Position numbers and translations under genes: made by a program
Shown: positions 49,500-64,000 of the stretch, piece after piece
Numbering within the stretch: the stretch's first letter is position 1
Layout: every line of letters starts with the position of its first letter
The notes under the pieces: model-generated
Seen by the model: only the letters and a program-made list of their open reading frames with translations
Told to the model about the DNA's origin: nothing
Database searches by the model: none
Assembly: GCF_039654945.1 (NCBI RefSeq)
Contig: NW_027361738.1
Coordinates: 74,586,001-74,650,000, forward strand
From: Dendrobates tinctorius
Taxonomy: Eukaryota
DNA length: 64,000 nt
Direction: 5' to 3'

Positions 49500-51015
49500 T
49501 CAAATACCTGGACTGGCTGGGGGTTTGCTGACTGTGACATTAGAAATATAGCAAAGTGAAGAGAATGGTCCAAAAAGTTAAGGGATGAAATCATTGCCTT
49601 GTACAAATAAAAAAAAAAAAAAGATTCAACAAGATATAAAGGCAGCGATGGTTCCTAGAGATACAGGTGGAAGCAGATATCACAAGCTGAAGGTCCTGGG
49701 AACACTGGCTACCGGGACAAGGCAAAAAGAGGAAGCTGTCACCGGCTGCTACCAGATTCCCAAAAAGAAAGGGGGTCAAAAACCCCTGCGTGATTACAAA
49801 AGACCAGCAGTGAGATGTGGTGGAGGCAGGCACTGAGGTTTCAGTTTGCACAGTCAGTAGGGGGCATACTAAACGCTGACAGTTTCCATGCCGGAGCCCC
49901 AAGTTGTTACCTCTACTGACACAAAAATGCAAGAAATGTTGTCTTCAATGTTCTTAATACTATAAAATAAAACAAAAACGTTCTGGAATTCTGTTCTGTA
50001 GAACGAAGAAACATAAATGGAACTTTTCAGGCCTATGGATCAGCAATCTGTCTGGAGGAGGAAGTTTGAAGAAAATGCTGAAAACACCTTTTGTATAGTG
50101 AAGTATGGTGGTGGTTTAGTGATCTCTTCAATGAAGCACGGTGGTTGGCTTAGTTATGCCAACAGTGAATCATAGAAGCAGCTCAGTGATGCCTACAGTG
50201 CGGCATAACGGTTGTTCAGTGATGCCTACAGTGAAGCATGGTGGTGGCTCGGCACTGCTTACAATGAATCATAGCAATGACTCAGTGATGCACGCTGTTT
50301 AAGCATGGTGGTAAATCAGTGATGTCTACGGTGAAATATGGCGGTGGCTGGGTGATGCATACAGTGAACTATGGAGGGGGCTCGCTGATGCTCTGGGGCT
50401 TCTTCACTCCCTTTGACATTGGACACCTGCAGTGTGTGGAGGGCAACAGGAATTCAATGAAGGATCAGGAAATCCTAAAGAGAAAACATCAAGTCCTCTG
50501 TGAAAAAAGCTGTTTGGATGTCATTTGGCCTTCCATCTTAACAGGACAATGAACCATAGCATATATCACAGACCACCAAGACTTGGTTTCACAAGTCCTG
50601 GAAGATTCTGGAGTGGCCGTCACAGTTGTCTGACTAGAAATCTTTAATAGTATCTGAAGAAGGCGGTGCCAGCATGAAAACCCAACAATAATTAGTGACC
50701 TGGAGGACAACACCCATGAGGAATGGGCCAAGTTCCTCAGGAATGGTGCCAGAAGCTGGTGTCTGGCCAAGCATCATTTGTGCAGCAGGTTATAACAGCC
50801 AGAGGGGCTCTAATAAGTACTAAAGATGCTTAAAGGGTGAATCATTCTGAGACTGGAGTAGTCAGTAAAAGTCAAATTTTATTCTGAATTTGGGCAAACC
50901 ACTTGTTACAATAGTTGTGCTGATCGATTTACAGAACAATAAATAAATAGCAGAAAGTTTGTAAATTTAGACAATAAACCTAACTTACAACAATGTGCTA
51001 AATGGTTTCAATTGC
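49500..51015 (+). mobile_element. Degraded Tc1 element (boundaries approximate)
   Basis: Remnant TVKYGGGWVM/GGGSLMLWGFF and WPSQ motifs. Confidence 0.65.
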
Positions 51016-52692
51016 AGCAAGAAATGGATCACCCTGTTTGCCCAGCCTTAATAAGTCATAACCTATCTGTCTAGAACTGTACAGGGTGATGAACTACAGG
51101 AAGGCGAAAGAAATGTACCAAAAAAACCCCAGCAAACCCAATAAAGGGGAAAGACAGCGAAGGGGACGCACCACCACAGCCTCACGTTTATTCTTTGGGT
51201 CTGTGGTGGTCTGACGTCCACGGACTATACAGTGATGGTATAGCCTAGCAATAAGCCGACACTTTGTAAGATAGGAATAACGGCTTTAACCACTTCATTA
51301 TTGGGTGATTTTACATTTTTGTCCTTTCTTTTTCTTGTTTGTCCTTTTCTTCCAAGAGCCATAACTTTTATTTTTTTTCAGTAAAAATAGCCATATGACG
51401 TTTATTTTTTTGTGCGGAGAGGTGTATTTTGAAATGACACCATCCATTTACCATGTAATGTACTGAAGTTTTTTTTCTTTTTAAGTTGCGTCACGCAAAA
51501 AAAGTTTGCGTCACGCAAAAAAAAATTGTAGAATTGTCATTTTTTTCTTTTTAGCATGTCACGTGCTAAAAAGAAAAAAATGACAATTCTACAATTTTTT
51601 TTTTTTTTTAAATTGTTTTTAAAGCTTTCATTCATTTTGCGGTAAAGACGATCAGCTGAACTGATTCTCCTCCAGTACAGCACAATTACAGCGATACCAA
51701 GCTTGAAAAACTATATCTATATCTTTATTTTTCCATCAAAGGAGCTGTGTGGCGAGCTGGCACATTTTTATTGATACCATTTTGGGGCACAATGATTAGA
51801 TTTTATTTTAGCATTCTTTTTTTTTTTCCGGTAGGTGCGTGAGCCAAGAAAACCCTGGCAATTCTGGCATTTTGAGGTTCTCCAATTTATTTTATTTTTA
51901 TAGATCAGAATTTTAGGATTGCGACGGTAATTAATTTTGCAGACTTCGAGACGCACTTTTTTGCCCACAGAATTTGGGAGGATAATGGGAGTGTGTCTTA
52001 TAGTCTGAATGCAGTTTACCAATGGGGCAGCAGGAGCGGGGTGATCCTAAGCCGGAAGGGGGAGAGGTCAAGGTGTTGAGCTTCAAGAAAATGTTGGCAA
52101 TGCAGACAGGAGCAGAGTCTCCGCTCTGCAAATTGCTCTCCCGGGGGAGGGGCTTCAGGAAAACGGCGCACTCACGGATTTAGATCTCGGCTCAATCACA
52201 AGCAGAGATCTCAATCTGTGCATACGCTGCCAGAGGCGGCAATTTTCCCACAGCCCACCGCCGGGAAAGCAATGTACAGAGCGGAGACTCTGCTCCTGTC
52301 TGCACTGCCGACATTTTCTTGAAGCCCACCGCCGGGAGATCAGTGGCTCCTTCCTCCCTGCCCGGCGCCCGCAGTGGCAACCCCACTCCACCGCCCTCCG
52401 ATAAGCTAAATTCGGACTTATGCTCATCTAAGAAGCTTAACTTGGAGACTCAGCGGTTACACAGCAGGGATCAGATCGAGCTCTGGTCCCTGCTGTTAAG
52501 GCTGTGTATGACACAGCCAACACCCGCCGTGATCGGTGCAGGCTCAGCTCCATTGCCTGGTCCATATAAGAGCACCAACATTGGTCAGATCGGTGTGTCC
52601 TATGTTGGGAAGGGGCTAAGCACCTGAAAATTGATCCAAAATTGTCTTCAGGGTCGTTACCCGTAGACGTACAACAAGCTGTGGCTACTTAC

Positions 52693-52801
52693 ATCTGGCA
52701 GTCTGTACAACTTCATCGTCCTCTGTAACGTCATATTCCGACTAAGGTGAGAGAACTTCACCTCTACCAGTTTTCTAGGGTTCAAGGAGCGATGCCAGTA
52801 C
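52693..52801 (-). CDS. NMT2: NMT2 exon (109 bp)
   Basis: [36 protein letters not shown] with AG/GT borders. Confidence 0.96.
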
Positions 52802-54098
52802 CTGCAGGAAAAAAATAAAGAAAAACAAACCATATGATTATCGCTCCCCTGTACCAGCAAAGAGGAGGTTAACCTGCGGAGACGCCGAGGCGGGCGGCAC
52901 AAGCCCTAGATTCTCATTTCAGGCACACTCTTGGTAAAACAGGTTCTTTGTATATCGGGATGACTTCCGCATACAAAGTTTTCCTTCTCGTCTGAAATCT
53001 ACTTTTAGAAACATCTCCCGTTGCCAAACCGTGACACCCCCCCCCTCTGTAGCATACGGCATTCTGTATACTGAGCCGAGGCCCAAGGGTTAATTGTGAA
53101 CCACACAAAGGCCAACAGTGAAAAACAGAAATGGCAGAGAATTGGATCTTACGAGGAATAAAGACCCCGGCGGGGGAGCGGGGACGCGTCTCTTCATCCA
53201 AATAATGAGGCAACTAAAACACCAAAGAATCTAGAAATAGGGATTAACGGTGACCGATCTCATAGAACGCCAATTAATCTCCTATCTGACCACCATATAT
53301 TATCTGCTTATGCCTCCTGCTGGGACCTACGACAAGTCTGTGCTGTAAACAGAGGCAGTGTACTGTACAGCCTATAAAAAAAAACAAAACAGTATCTTAA
53401 TATAACTACCCAACCCAGCTTAGAGGAAATGCTAAACTCTGCAAAGCCATGTTCCACCACTACTGCCACATCCATCATTCAGGGGACCACTGCAGCCAAT
53501 CACTTCCTGCAGATGTCTCATGTGGCAGGGAGGGATTGTGAAGGTCAAGTGAATGATGTACATGACGTCATCGCTGCAGGACCTGTCAAATTATCATTTG
53601 CATATCCCTTGATACAAAAGGGGTGAAATCTGCGATAAAACCATGGAATTTTTGCAGTGGTAATTGCAGCAAAATCTGTGCAGTTTACTAAATTTTTTGA
53701 TGGGTTAGGTCTCGCATGGGTGTACCCAAAAATGAGGCGGCGGGCCTACTAGGTATGATGTAATTTGTGAGGCTCTTCCATAGTTACGGCTGCACATCTG
53801 CAGCAAAATCCATGTGGGATACCGGCAGATTTTGCTGCGGATTTGGTGCAAATTTCAACCTTTCCCTTGTATCGTGTGAAATCCATAGAAACGATTGACC
53901 TGCTGCAGATGTGAAAATCTGCACTGTAGGCCAAGTTATACCCAGAATATATAAATGTATGGACGAGATTTATTGAAAATGTGATCTACTGAGCTGGTAA
54001 AAACAAATCCATGCTGAATAACAGACGCAGCGCTCGGACCGTGCCGGATGTAGCCCGGGAGTCTAGGCCCATTCTTCACAGGCAATCATGGCCTGATA

Positions 54099-55735
<1,637 letters not shown>

Positions 55736-57789
55736 TATGTAACGCAGGAGATGTCTGCTCGCAGCATGGACAGTATATAAAAAGAAATCCGGCAGCACAC
55801 AAGGTTTTTTTTTTTCCCTCCACCTTATAAAGGTCCTTTGTATGAGTGTTTTGCCATCACTGCTGCTTTCTGTGATAGGTTCCCATGAATGTGCAAACAA
55901 GCAATAATCAGCACACAGGAAAGGCTTCCACTCTTTACAGGCTCGCCTCCGCCAGCTGCACATAATATTTGCAGAGCGTCCCTTTAGAATTAAGGAATCA
56001 TTTTTTTTTAGATGGAGTATTGCGTTCGCACTTGTGGCTTTACAAGGAAAGGCGCTTCTCCAAAAAAACAAAAAAAATCTCAAAATGCACAGAAACTGGG
56101 CAAAATAAAAGGTAAAAATGGAACGTGAAGAGACAAATAAAAATGTTTATACGTACAGCGGGAGAAATAAGTACTGAACGCATCACCAGTTCTCTTAGTA
56201 AATCTACTTCTAAAGTTGCTAGCATTGACATGAAATTCTCACCGGGTGTCTGTAACAACCCATTCGATCCACACAGGCAAAGAAATCATCCATAGATGTT
56301 CAGAAATTAAGCTGTGTGTAATTAAAGAGAAATTACACAGGGAAAAAGTATTGAACACACTTACGGAAATGTAATTAATATTTCTTACAAAAGCCTTTGT
56401 TGGTGAAGAAGTTTCAAGACACCTCCTTGTATGGAGAAACTAGTCGCAGGCATTGCTCAGGTGTGATTTTGGCCCATTCTTCCACACAAACACTTCTTCA
56501 CATCCTGAAGATCCCGTGACCTCCTTCTATGACCTCGGAGCTTTAGTTCCTTCCATACAATTTCTATTGGACTCAGGACAGGTGATCGGCTTGGTCATTC
56601 TAGCAGCTTTGTTTTCTTTCTGTGAAACCAGTGGAGAGTCTCCTTGGCTGTGTGATTGGGATCATTGTCTTACTGAAATGTCCACACTCAATCATCTTCA
56701 TTATCCTGATAGACGGCAGATTTTTATCAGCCTAGGGATAATGCTGCCCGTCATTTTGGATTTTTTCCCTTTTCCTGCAACTAAAATATGTACTTTTTGG
56801 GGTTTATCTCCATAGGGTTGGATTGTCTTCATTCTTGATCGTATTTGGACTGACTGTCTTTAACAATATACATAGAATAATTCAATTTTAATTTAAATGG
56901 GGTATTTTTTAATGTATATCAATTAAAATTTATATTTTAGGCTATGTGCACACGGTGCGTCTCTGCTGCGTATACGCAGCAGAACTGCATGTGATGTACA
57001 GTAGCATTAAAGCCTATGTGAAACAAAATCCGCTGTGCACATGCTGCTTTTTTTTCCACTTCTTTTGTGCGCTTTTGCTGCAGTTTTCCACCTGATCCAT
57101 TCTAGAAATCCACAGGTGGGAAACCGCAATGAAAAACCGCATTAAAAAAGCATAAAAAACGCACTGAGGTTTGTGAAATCTGCAGCTGCGTTTTCTGCCA
57201 GGAGACGCATTTTTTGTGCAGAAAATTCTGCACACAAATCTGCAACGTGTGCACATACCCTTATAGGAAGGGTATTTTTCTGGCACTTACCAGTGAGCAC
57301 TTTGAACCAATTGTACCTGCTGATTCCAAGTCTTCCTGTAGCTCTCCACAGGTGATCCTTGGCTCTTCTGATAATTCTTTTCACTTCTCTGTCTGAAATC
57401 TTGCGGGGAGCACCTGGAAGTTGTGGCCAGTTTATGGTGAATGATGTTCTTTCCACTCCTGAATTATGGCCCCAACAGTGCTCATTGGAACATTCAGTAC
57501 ATTTGAAATTCTTCTGTAACCACTGCCATCAGTAATTTTTGCAACAATAAGGTTGTGAAGGTCTTTAGACACCACACTGGCGATACCCATCATCAGATGT
57601 TTCTTGTGTGGCACTTTACACATTTTATAGGCCATCAGTTCAACCAGCTGATATTATGTCACTAACAGTCAGGATTGCTTTCTACTTACTGACAGATTTC
57701 AGCTGGTGTCAGGACTTTCCATGGCTTTTTGCACTTCTCTCTTCCTTCATGTGCAATACTTTTCCCTGTGTCATTTCTCATTAATTACA

Positions 57790-58111
57790 TGCAAATTGTC
57801 TCTTCAGAGAGGAAGAGGACTAGAACTCTAGTGCCACCTATTGGAAGTAGCAATCCTACAAGTCAATGTCGACCCTTTAACGAGCCTTGTCACATGACTT
57901 GGGATTAAAGCCAAACCAGAATCTCAGTTTGCAGACACGGTGTTTCGGGGTTCTGCCCGTCGTCAGTGCAAAGTGTGAGATCTGTTTGGTTGTGTGAGAG
58001 GCGTCTGACCGATATCCAAGAAGTATCGTTTCTCCTTTCGGAGATTGACATGCTAAGCATGACGAAATCTTGGCATGCTTAGCAAGTCAATGTCCGCAAG
58101 GAGAAACGATA
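57790..58111 (-). mobile_element. Retrozyme-like non-autonomous retroelement (~320 bp)
   Basis: 13-bp TSD CTCATTAATTACA (57777, 58112); contains a type I hammerhead and a terminal 40-bp-arm hairpin (58022-58113); no ORF. Confidence 0.75.
57911..57989 (-). ncRNA. Type I hammerhead ribozyme (core 57928-57972)
   Basis: CCAAACAGATCTCACAC-TTTGCA-CTGACGA-CGGG cagaa CCCC-GAAA-CAC c GTG-TC^-TGCAAA-CTGAGATTCTGGTTTGG: intact CUGANGA and GAAA boxes, GUC cleavage triplet, extended bulged stem I, C-C mismatch at 10.1/11.1. Confidence 0.8.
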
Positions 58112-58412
58112 CTCATTAATTACACATAACTTAATTTATGGACAGTTCACAATTCTGTTGGCTGTTATTGGCTTGTTTTTAGAGATTTCCCAAACAGGTT
58201 AGCGCCTATAATGTCCGATTATTATATAGTGCCGAATGTAAATAAAAAAATAACACTTTCCAAAATACTGGCCACCAAAGAAAACTTTGTGCCCACAAAA
58301 TTAGGTGCTGATTTTCACCTTTTAAGTCTTTAGAGTGAATGCAGCTTGAGACTATAATACAGACACAAGTATATATAAACCCTTATACTGTCCGGAAAAG
58401 CTCTGAAACTTA

Positions 58413-58773
58413 GGCTAAGTGCACACGTTGCAGAAAATTTCTGCACAAAAACCTGAATCCCTTCCCAGAAACCACACCTATTTTTCCGCGGCAGTTTTTG
58501 CGGGTTTTTTGCGCGGTTTTGATGCGTTTTGATGCGTTTTTTACCGCAGCGGTTTCTAAACGCATGGGAGAAGCCAAAACCGCGGAAAAATCCGCAAAAT
58601 TAGTGAGCATGCTGCGTTTTTTAACGCGATGCGTTTTTTTCGCGGTAAAAAACGCATCAATGTGCACATAAAGTGCAAAATGCATAGAAATGACTGTGCA
58701 ACTTATTTTTAGCGGTTTTATAGTGAAAACCGCGGTAAAAACCGCTAAAAAAATGCTGTGTGTGAACACAGCC
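58413..58773. mobile_element. Harbinger-like MITE
   Basis: TTA|GGCTAAGTGCACAC...GTGTGAACACAGCC|TTA. Confidence 0.7.
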
Positions 58774-58968
58774 TTAGAAATAGTCTTAACATTATTACTA
58801 TTATTAAAGGCTTTATCTGGAACTTTAGGGGCGCTGGGATCTTTAAACAGAGAGAGATTCGGATCCCCAATCTAACACCGATGGCCTAAGCAAAAAAACA
58901 AAAACGAAAAAAAAAAGACCAAACACTTTTAAAGCGCACCTGCAATTTCAGGTGAATTTTCAGAATAA

Positions 58969-59899
58969 GGCTGAGTTCACACGTTGCATTTTTTTCGCGT
59001 TTCCGCGGCGGTTTTAACCGCGCGATTTTGCCGCGAAAACGCGAAAAATAAGCATCCCATGCATTCCTATGGGATTCCACAATGCTGTGCTAATGCTGCG
59101 GTTTTTACCGCGGCGGAATCGCTTCGCGGTAAAAACCGCAGCATGCTCATTAATTTGCGGAATCGCGGCGATCCCGCACCCATAGGAATGCATTGTTCCG
59201 CTTATTTCCCGCATGTGGCTGTGCACACCATGTGGAAAGTAAGCAGAACAATGGTGGATGGTACCCACGGTCCGGAGGAGAGGAGACTGTCCTCCGGGCT
59301 TTGGGTACCATATCCCTGTAAAAAATAGAATTTAAAATAAAAAATATTGTTATTCTCACCCTCCGACGTCCCGCGCAGCCTTCCCGCTTCTCTTCACGCT
59401 CCGGTCCCAGTAGTCCTTTGCGAAAATGCTCGCGATGACGTCCGTTCTCGCGGGATTGCGAAGTCTCGCGGTCATCGCGAATTACCGCGAGACGTCGCGA
59501 TCCCGCGAGAACTGACGTCATCGCGGGCATTTTCGCAAAGGATTACTGGGAACGGATGCGCGGGACGTCGGAGGGTGAGAATAACACCGTTTTTTATTTT
59601 TTTTTTTTACATTCTATCTTTTACTACTGATGCCGCATAGGTAGCCTCAGTAGTAAAAAGTTGGTCACACTCGTCAAACACTATGTTTGACGAGTGTGAC
59701 CAACCTGTCAATCAGTTCTCCAAGTGATGCCACAGAACGCTTGGAAAACGCTAGCATTTTGCAAGCTAATTACGCTTGCAAAATGCTACTTTTTCCGCGG
59801 GAAAATCGCAGGAATTTAAAATGCGATTTTCCCGTGGACTGGAATTCCGGAATTCTCGCGGTAATTTCCGCGAGAGTTCCGGTACGTGTGCACTTAGCC
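58969..59899. mobile_element. Harbinger-like MITE
   Basis: TAA|GGCTGAGTTCACACG...CGTGTGCACTTAGCC|TAA. Confidence 0.75.
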
Positions 59900-60369
59900 T
59901 AAGCCGTCTTGCGTGTGCATTTTTCAGTTTTCTCTAAGCTAGGGCAAGGAGACTAGCTGCTATGATGTCTCCCATATACAGCACACACAGACATGAGGAA
60001 TTCTTCCTTTCCTGACTATGTAGCACACGTCTAAAAGCAGCAGCATAGAGGACATTGTATACTAGTAGTGAGCAGTGTATATGTGAATTCAGCACCAACT
60101 TTCTGCTCCTCTCACTCACTGTGGTCCCCTTGTCCTTCTCTGTCATTCTATAGCTATAATTTGATTCCTCGGTGAGCTGGCAGCCCATTATGTCTTGAGC
60201 AATATGGATTTCATCAGTTTTTTTTGAATGGATGGTGAGTTAAGGAGGTGGGGAGGAGGATAAGAAATAGAGAAAGCAGCGTATTTCTCTGTTAAGATAA
60301 AATACAAAGTTTCTTATATTCGCTCGTGATACTGATTTCTGTTTATGACATTACAGGTAGAAACCCTTA

Positions 60370-61244
60370 GGCTATGTGCCCACGGTGCGTGTTAAAACGC
60401 TCACTAAAAACCGGACTCCTTCCCAGAAATCGCGTGTTTTTTTCCCGCGCGATTTCACCGCGATTATGATCGCGATTTTGCCACGATTTTCGGGTGCGAT
60501 ATTCAAGCACTTTCCAAGCGATTTGAAGCATCGCTTGGAAAGTGATTGACAAGTTGGTCACAATCGTCAAACATAGTGTTTGACAAGTGTGACCAGGTTT
60601 TTACTATTGAGGCCGCCTATGCAGCGTCAATAGTAAAAGATAGGATGTTAAAATGCTAAAAAAAATAAAAAAATCCGGGTATATTTACCTTCCGGCGTCC
60701 CGCGCTGCCATCCCGGGCCTCAGCATTCCCAGTAATGCCTTGCGAGACCTGTGATGACCGCTAGAGTCACGCGAGACTACGTCATCACTGGACCTTGCCG
60801 CAAGGCATTACTGGGAACGCTTAGGCCGGGAATGCAGCGCGGGACGTCGGAAGGTAAATATACCCCGATTTTATTTTTTATTCTTTTTTTTTTACAGGGG
60901 TACGGTACCCAGGGCCTGGAGGACAGTCTCCTCTCCTCCACAACGTGGGTACCAACCGCACATGAGACGCTTCCAACATAGCCACATGCGGGAAGTAAGC
61001 GATTCTCATGCATTCCTATGGGTGCGGAATCGCGGCAATTCTTTGCGATTCCGCACAAAAGAATGAGCATGCTGCGATTTTTTCCGCGATGCGATTCCGC
61101 CGCGGAAAACAGCGCAGCATTAGCACAGCATGTGCGGAATGCCATAGGAATGCATGGGGGGCGTTCTGTACACGATTTTTAAACGTTTTTGCGCCGAAAA
61201 TCACGGCAAAAACGCTTAAAAAATCGCTACGTGGGCACATAGCC
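60370..61244. mobile_element. Harbinger-like MITE related to 58969-59899, in the opposite orientation
   Basis: TTA|GGCTATGTGCCCACG...CGTGGGCACATAGCC|TTA. Confidence 0.75.
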
Positions 61245-61409
61245 TTAAAATAAAAATCTGTTAAAAGTTTGTTGGGGTCGATACAACTTTTTAGGCACTA
61301 ATTGCATCATTTTATTTTTTTTTTTTTCGGCGTGCAGCAATTCTTTATAATACACACACAATATGCTCACTAGTGAAGGACTTCGCCCATTAAATTCACA
61401 GAGTAATAA

Positions 61410-62620
61410 AGGGGTATTTCCTTCTCCAAAAGACCATCCTAAAATGTAGTAGGTGTAATAATAATTAATAATAATATTAGGAGATACTTCCAATTAGAAA
61501 TGTAAATCCTATATGCAAGGCACACACCCACAGTGAGTATAAGTAAGGCCGGTTCTGTGCAAAATTGGAGAAATCATATCAGAAGGAAATAGCACCAAAG
61601 GAACCAATTGCTAAAAATATATAAAGTTTTATTGGAGAAAAATATTTTTTTTAAAACGTTGATAGCGTCAGGTGATGGAATAATAACAATGGTAAGCCAC
61701 AAACCACACCTACCTAACACAGGCATACACCAAGGCAAGGGAAACAAAATGTGAGCTGCTCTAAAGGGCATGTGCTTTGTGCAAATAGATATACCCATGG
61801 ACATAGTTTAAATGTTAAGTGCGTAAGTACACAGAGTTATACAAGGGTAGAAATAGACTAACAGAGCTGTACGCAGAGTTAGAAAAAGTGCTGAGCAAAT
61901 GGATGCAAAAAGCAAATGAATCAATGCCTCATGTTACCTGGGAGTTGCGGTGCCAGCGGCCCCAACGCGCGTTTTGGCTCAGTGCCTTTTTTCCGGGGGA
62001 GTCAATTAGAAATGTAATATACAGTATTTCTTCTGATTCACCATGTTGATTACGCCATGTCAGGGCATTGCAGTAGCTTAGGTATTTATGGTTACGACAA
62101 CTAACTAACTCACTATATGTGCATTTGTAAACATGGATATTTAAGCTACTGCAATGCCCTGCACACAGGGTAAGTGACATAGCTAATCAGTTACTAAATT
62201 TCTATGTCGGTTATCCCATGTGCAGGGCGGTGCAGTAGCTTGAATATCCATGGTTACAACCGCTCATATAGGGAGATAGTTGTTACTGGTCATAACTATG
62301 GATACCCAAGCTACTGCAATGCCCTGCACATAGGGTAAGCGACATAACTAACCAGTGAACTATACTACATTTCTGTCGCTTACCCCATGTGCAGGGCAGT
62401 GCAGTAGCTTCAATATACATGGTTACAACTGCTAATATAGTGAGTTAGTTGTTACTGGTTGTAAACATGGATACCTAAGCTACTGCAATGCCCTGCACAT
62501 GGGGTAAACAGCACTGCGAATCAGAAGAACTATACCAAATTTCTAATTTGAGGTATTTGCTAATATTATTATTACACCAACTACATATTGGGATAAGATC
62601 TTGGAGATAAGAATACTCCT
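61410..62620. mobile_element. Kolobok/T2-type MITE with a nested ~500-bp insertion (61506-62002)
   Basis: AGGGGTATTT...AATACTCCT|TTAA; the nested insert has the 15-bp TSD CAATTAGAAATGTAA (61491, 62003). Confidence 0.65.
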
Positions 62621-62623
62621 TTA

Positions 62624-62917
<294 letters not shown>

Positions 62918-64000
62918 CTACATCATCTACACCAGCGGTTATCAGCGTCCCCCCATGACCCCACTAAAGGCTCTGACACTAGAGAGTGCTGCCTTGGACG
63001 TATCCTCAATGTGATTCACATGGGGAAAGTACACTTCAGTACATAAACCAGAATCATTGCTTCTCAGGAGGTGAAAAAGCCACGGTGTCTTGGAGAACCG
63101 TCAGCTCATCTGCACTGTGGGTCTACGCGAGACTTGTTTTATCAAGCATTACAGACGAGCAGATTACTATAAGAACACCAACACTTACTTGTCATAAATA
63201 CGGATAGTCGCTGGAACAGCACTTATAAAACCGACTAATTTCTTGTTGGAAGACACTCTGACACCGCAATGCCACTGAGACAGCCAGCCTGGAGGACGCA
63301 GCGCCCTGTAATACACAGGTATTACCCTATATCATCTTTCAGTCTCCATAGATTACACACAGATTAAAACAGGCATCAAAATGGTTAATCAGCAGGGATC
63401 AGGGCAAGATCTGATCGCTGCTGTGAGAGGCAGGTGCTGGCTGTATAACAACATCGACACCCACTGTGTGCGGAGCCGGCTCAGCTATTTGAAATAACTG
63501 ATCCAATTAGAAGTCATTTGGCTCCGTTCTGTATTATCTGTATTTTTGTGCTTAGTTTATGCTAAGGGTCAGTGCGCTTAACAAGGTAACAGATACCCGG
63601 GACTTTGAGAAAAACAAAAAATGTGCCTAAGCACAAGCACACAGGTAGTTGCTACTTACCTACCTGTTGAGCACAACGCCGTTCTTCCCTGGCACACAGA
63701 GGTCACTGACCGCTCTTGCCGGTGATTCAGCTGCCTCTGCTGATGTCACATCGACAGAGGGGTGGCTTCTTTTCCTCCCTGCTCTGTCAACGGGGCGTGA
63801 CTTCAGACATCATTCTGATTGAAAGCCGGCTCACCCAGTTTGGCAGCAGGAATCCGGCTGTCAGTCCGAATTACACTGCAAGTCCAGCCTTGTCGACAGA
63901 GTGGAGAAGAATCCGGTGCTCTATCGACAGGACGTCAGCAGAGGCAGCTGAATCGTTGGCAAGAGCGATCTGTGACCTCTCTGTGCAGGGGAAGAACGGT

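Larger units (their letters stand above)
56156..58145 (-). mobile_element. Degraded Tc1 element hosting a Harbinger MITE (~56940-57260) and the hammerhead insertion
   Basis: TA|CAGCGGGAGAAATAAGTACTGAAC; inverted ends 56303-56357 vs 57750-58140; remnant GYRRISNVLNVPMSTVGAII. Confidence 0.7.

Noticed and set aside
61958-62001. Functional hammerhead
   Set aside because: Both core boxes are mutated; kept only as a decayed motif

Overview
Vertebrate genomic DNA, almost certainly from an anuran (frog), judged from the proteins and repeat families. It carries the conserved ACBD7 (-) / RPP38 (+) / NMT2 (-) block. ACBD7 exons 1-3 lie at 10518-2438 with a TATA/CCAAT promoter, and exon 4 is off the left edge behind a DIRS insertion. 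RPP38 is tandemly duplicated (15485-16306 and 32003-32866). The last six coding exons of NMT2 lie at 62891-45060. The rest is mostly transposons: a full-length L1 with TSD, a young Tc1 with a single nonsense codon, a DUF4817-type mariner fragment, a nested Penelope-like element, piggyBac/Kolobok/Harbinger/hAT-type non-autonomous elements and a CpG-rich minisatellite. Two observations stand out. (1) Four insertions with 13-15 bp TSDs each carry a hammerhead ribozyme or hammerhead-like motif. One is a ~320 bp retrozyme-like element with a near-canonical type I hammerhead (57928-57972, - strand), and the likely autonomous partner family (Penelope, RT + GIY-YIG) is in the same window. (2) In the RPP38 duplication only the upstream copy, which is C-terminally frameshifted, sits next to a recognisable promoter and exon 1. 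The more conserved downstream copy has lost that segment but kept its splice acceptor and AATAAA, which suggests one promoter splicing to two alternative terminal coding exons. All calls were made by eye, with no alignment or database search.
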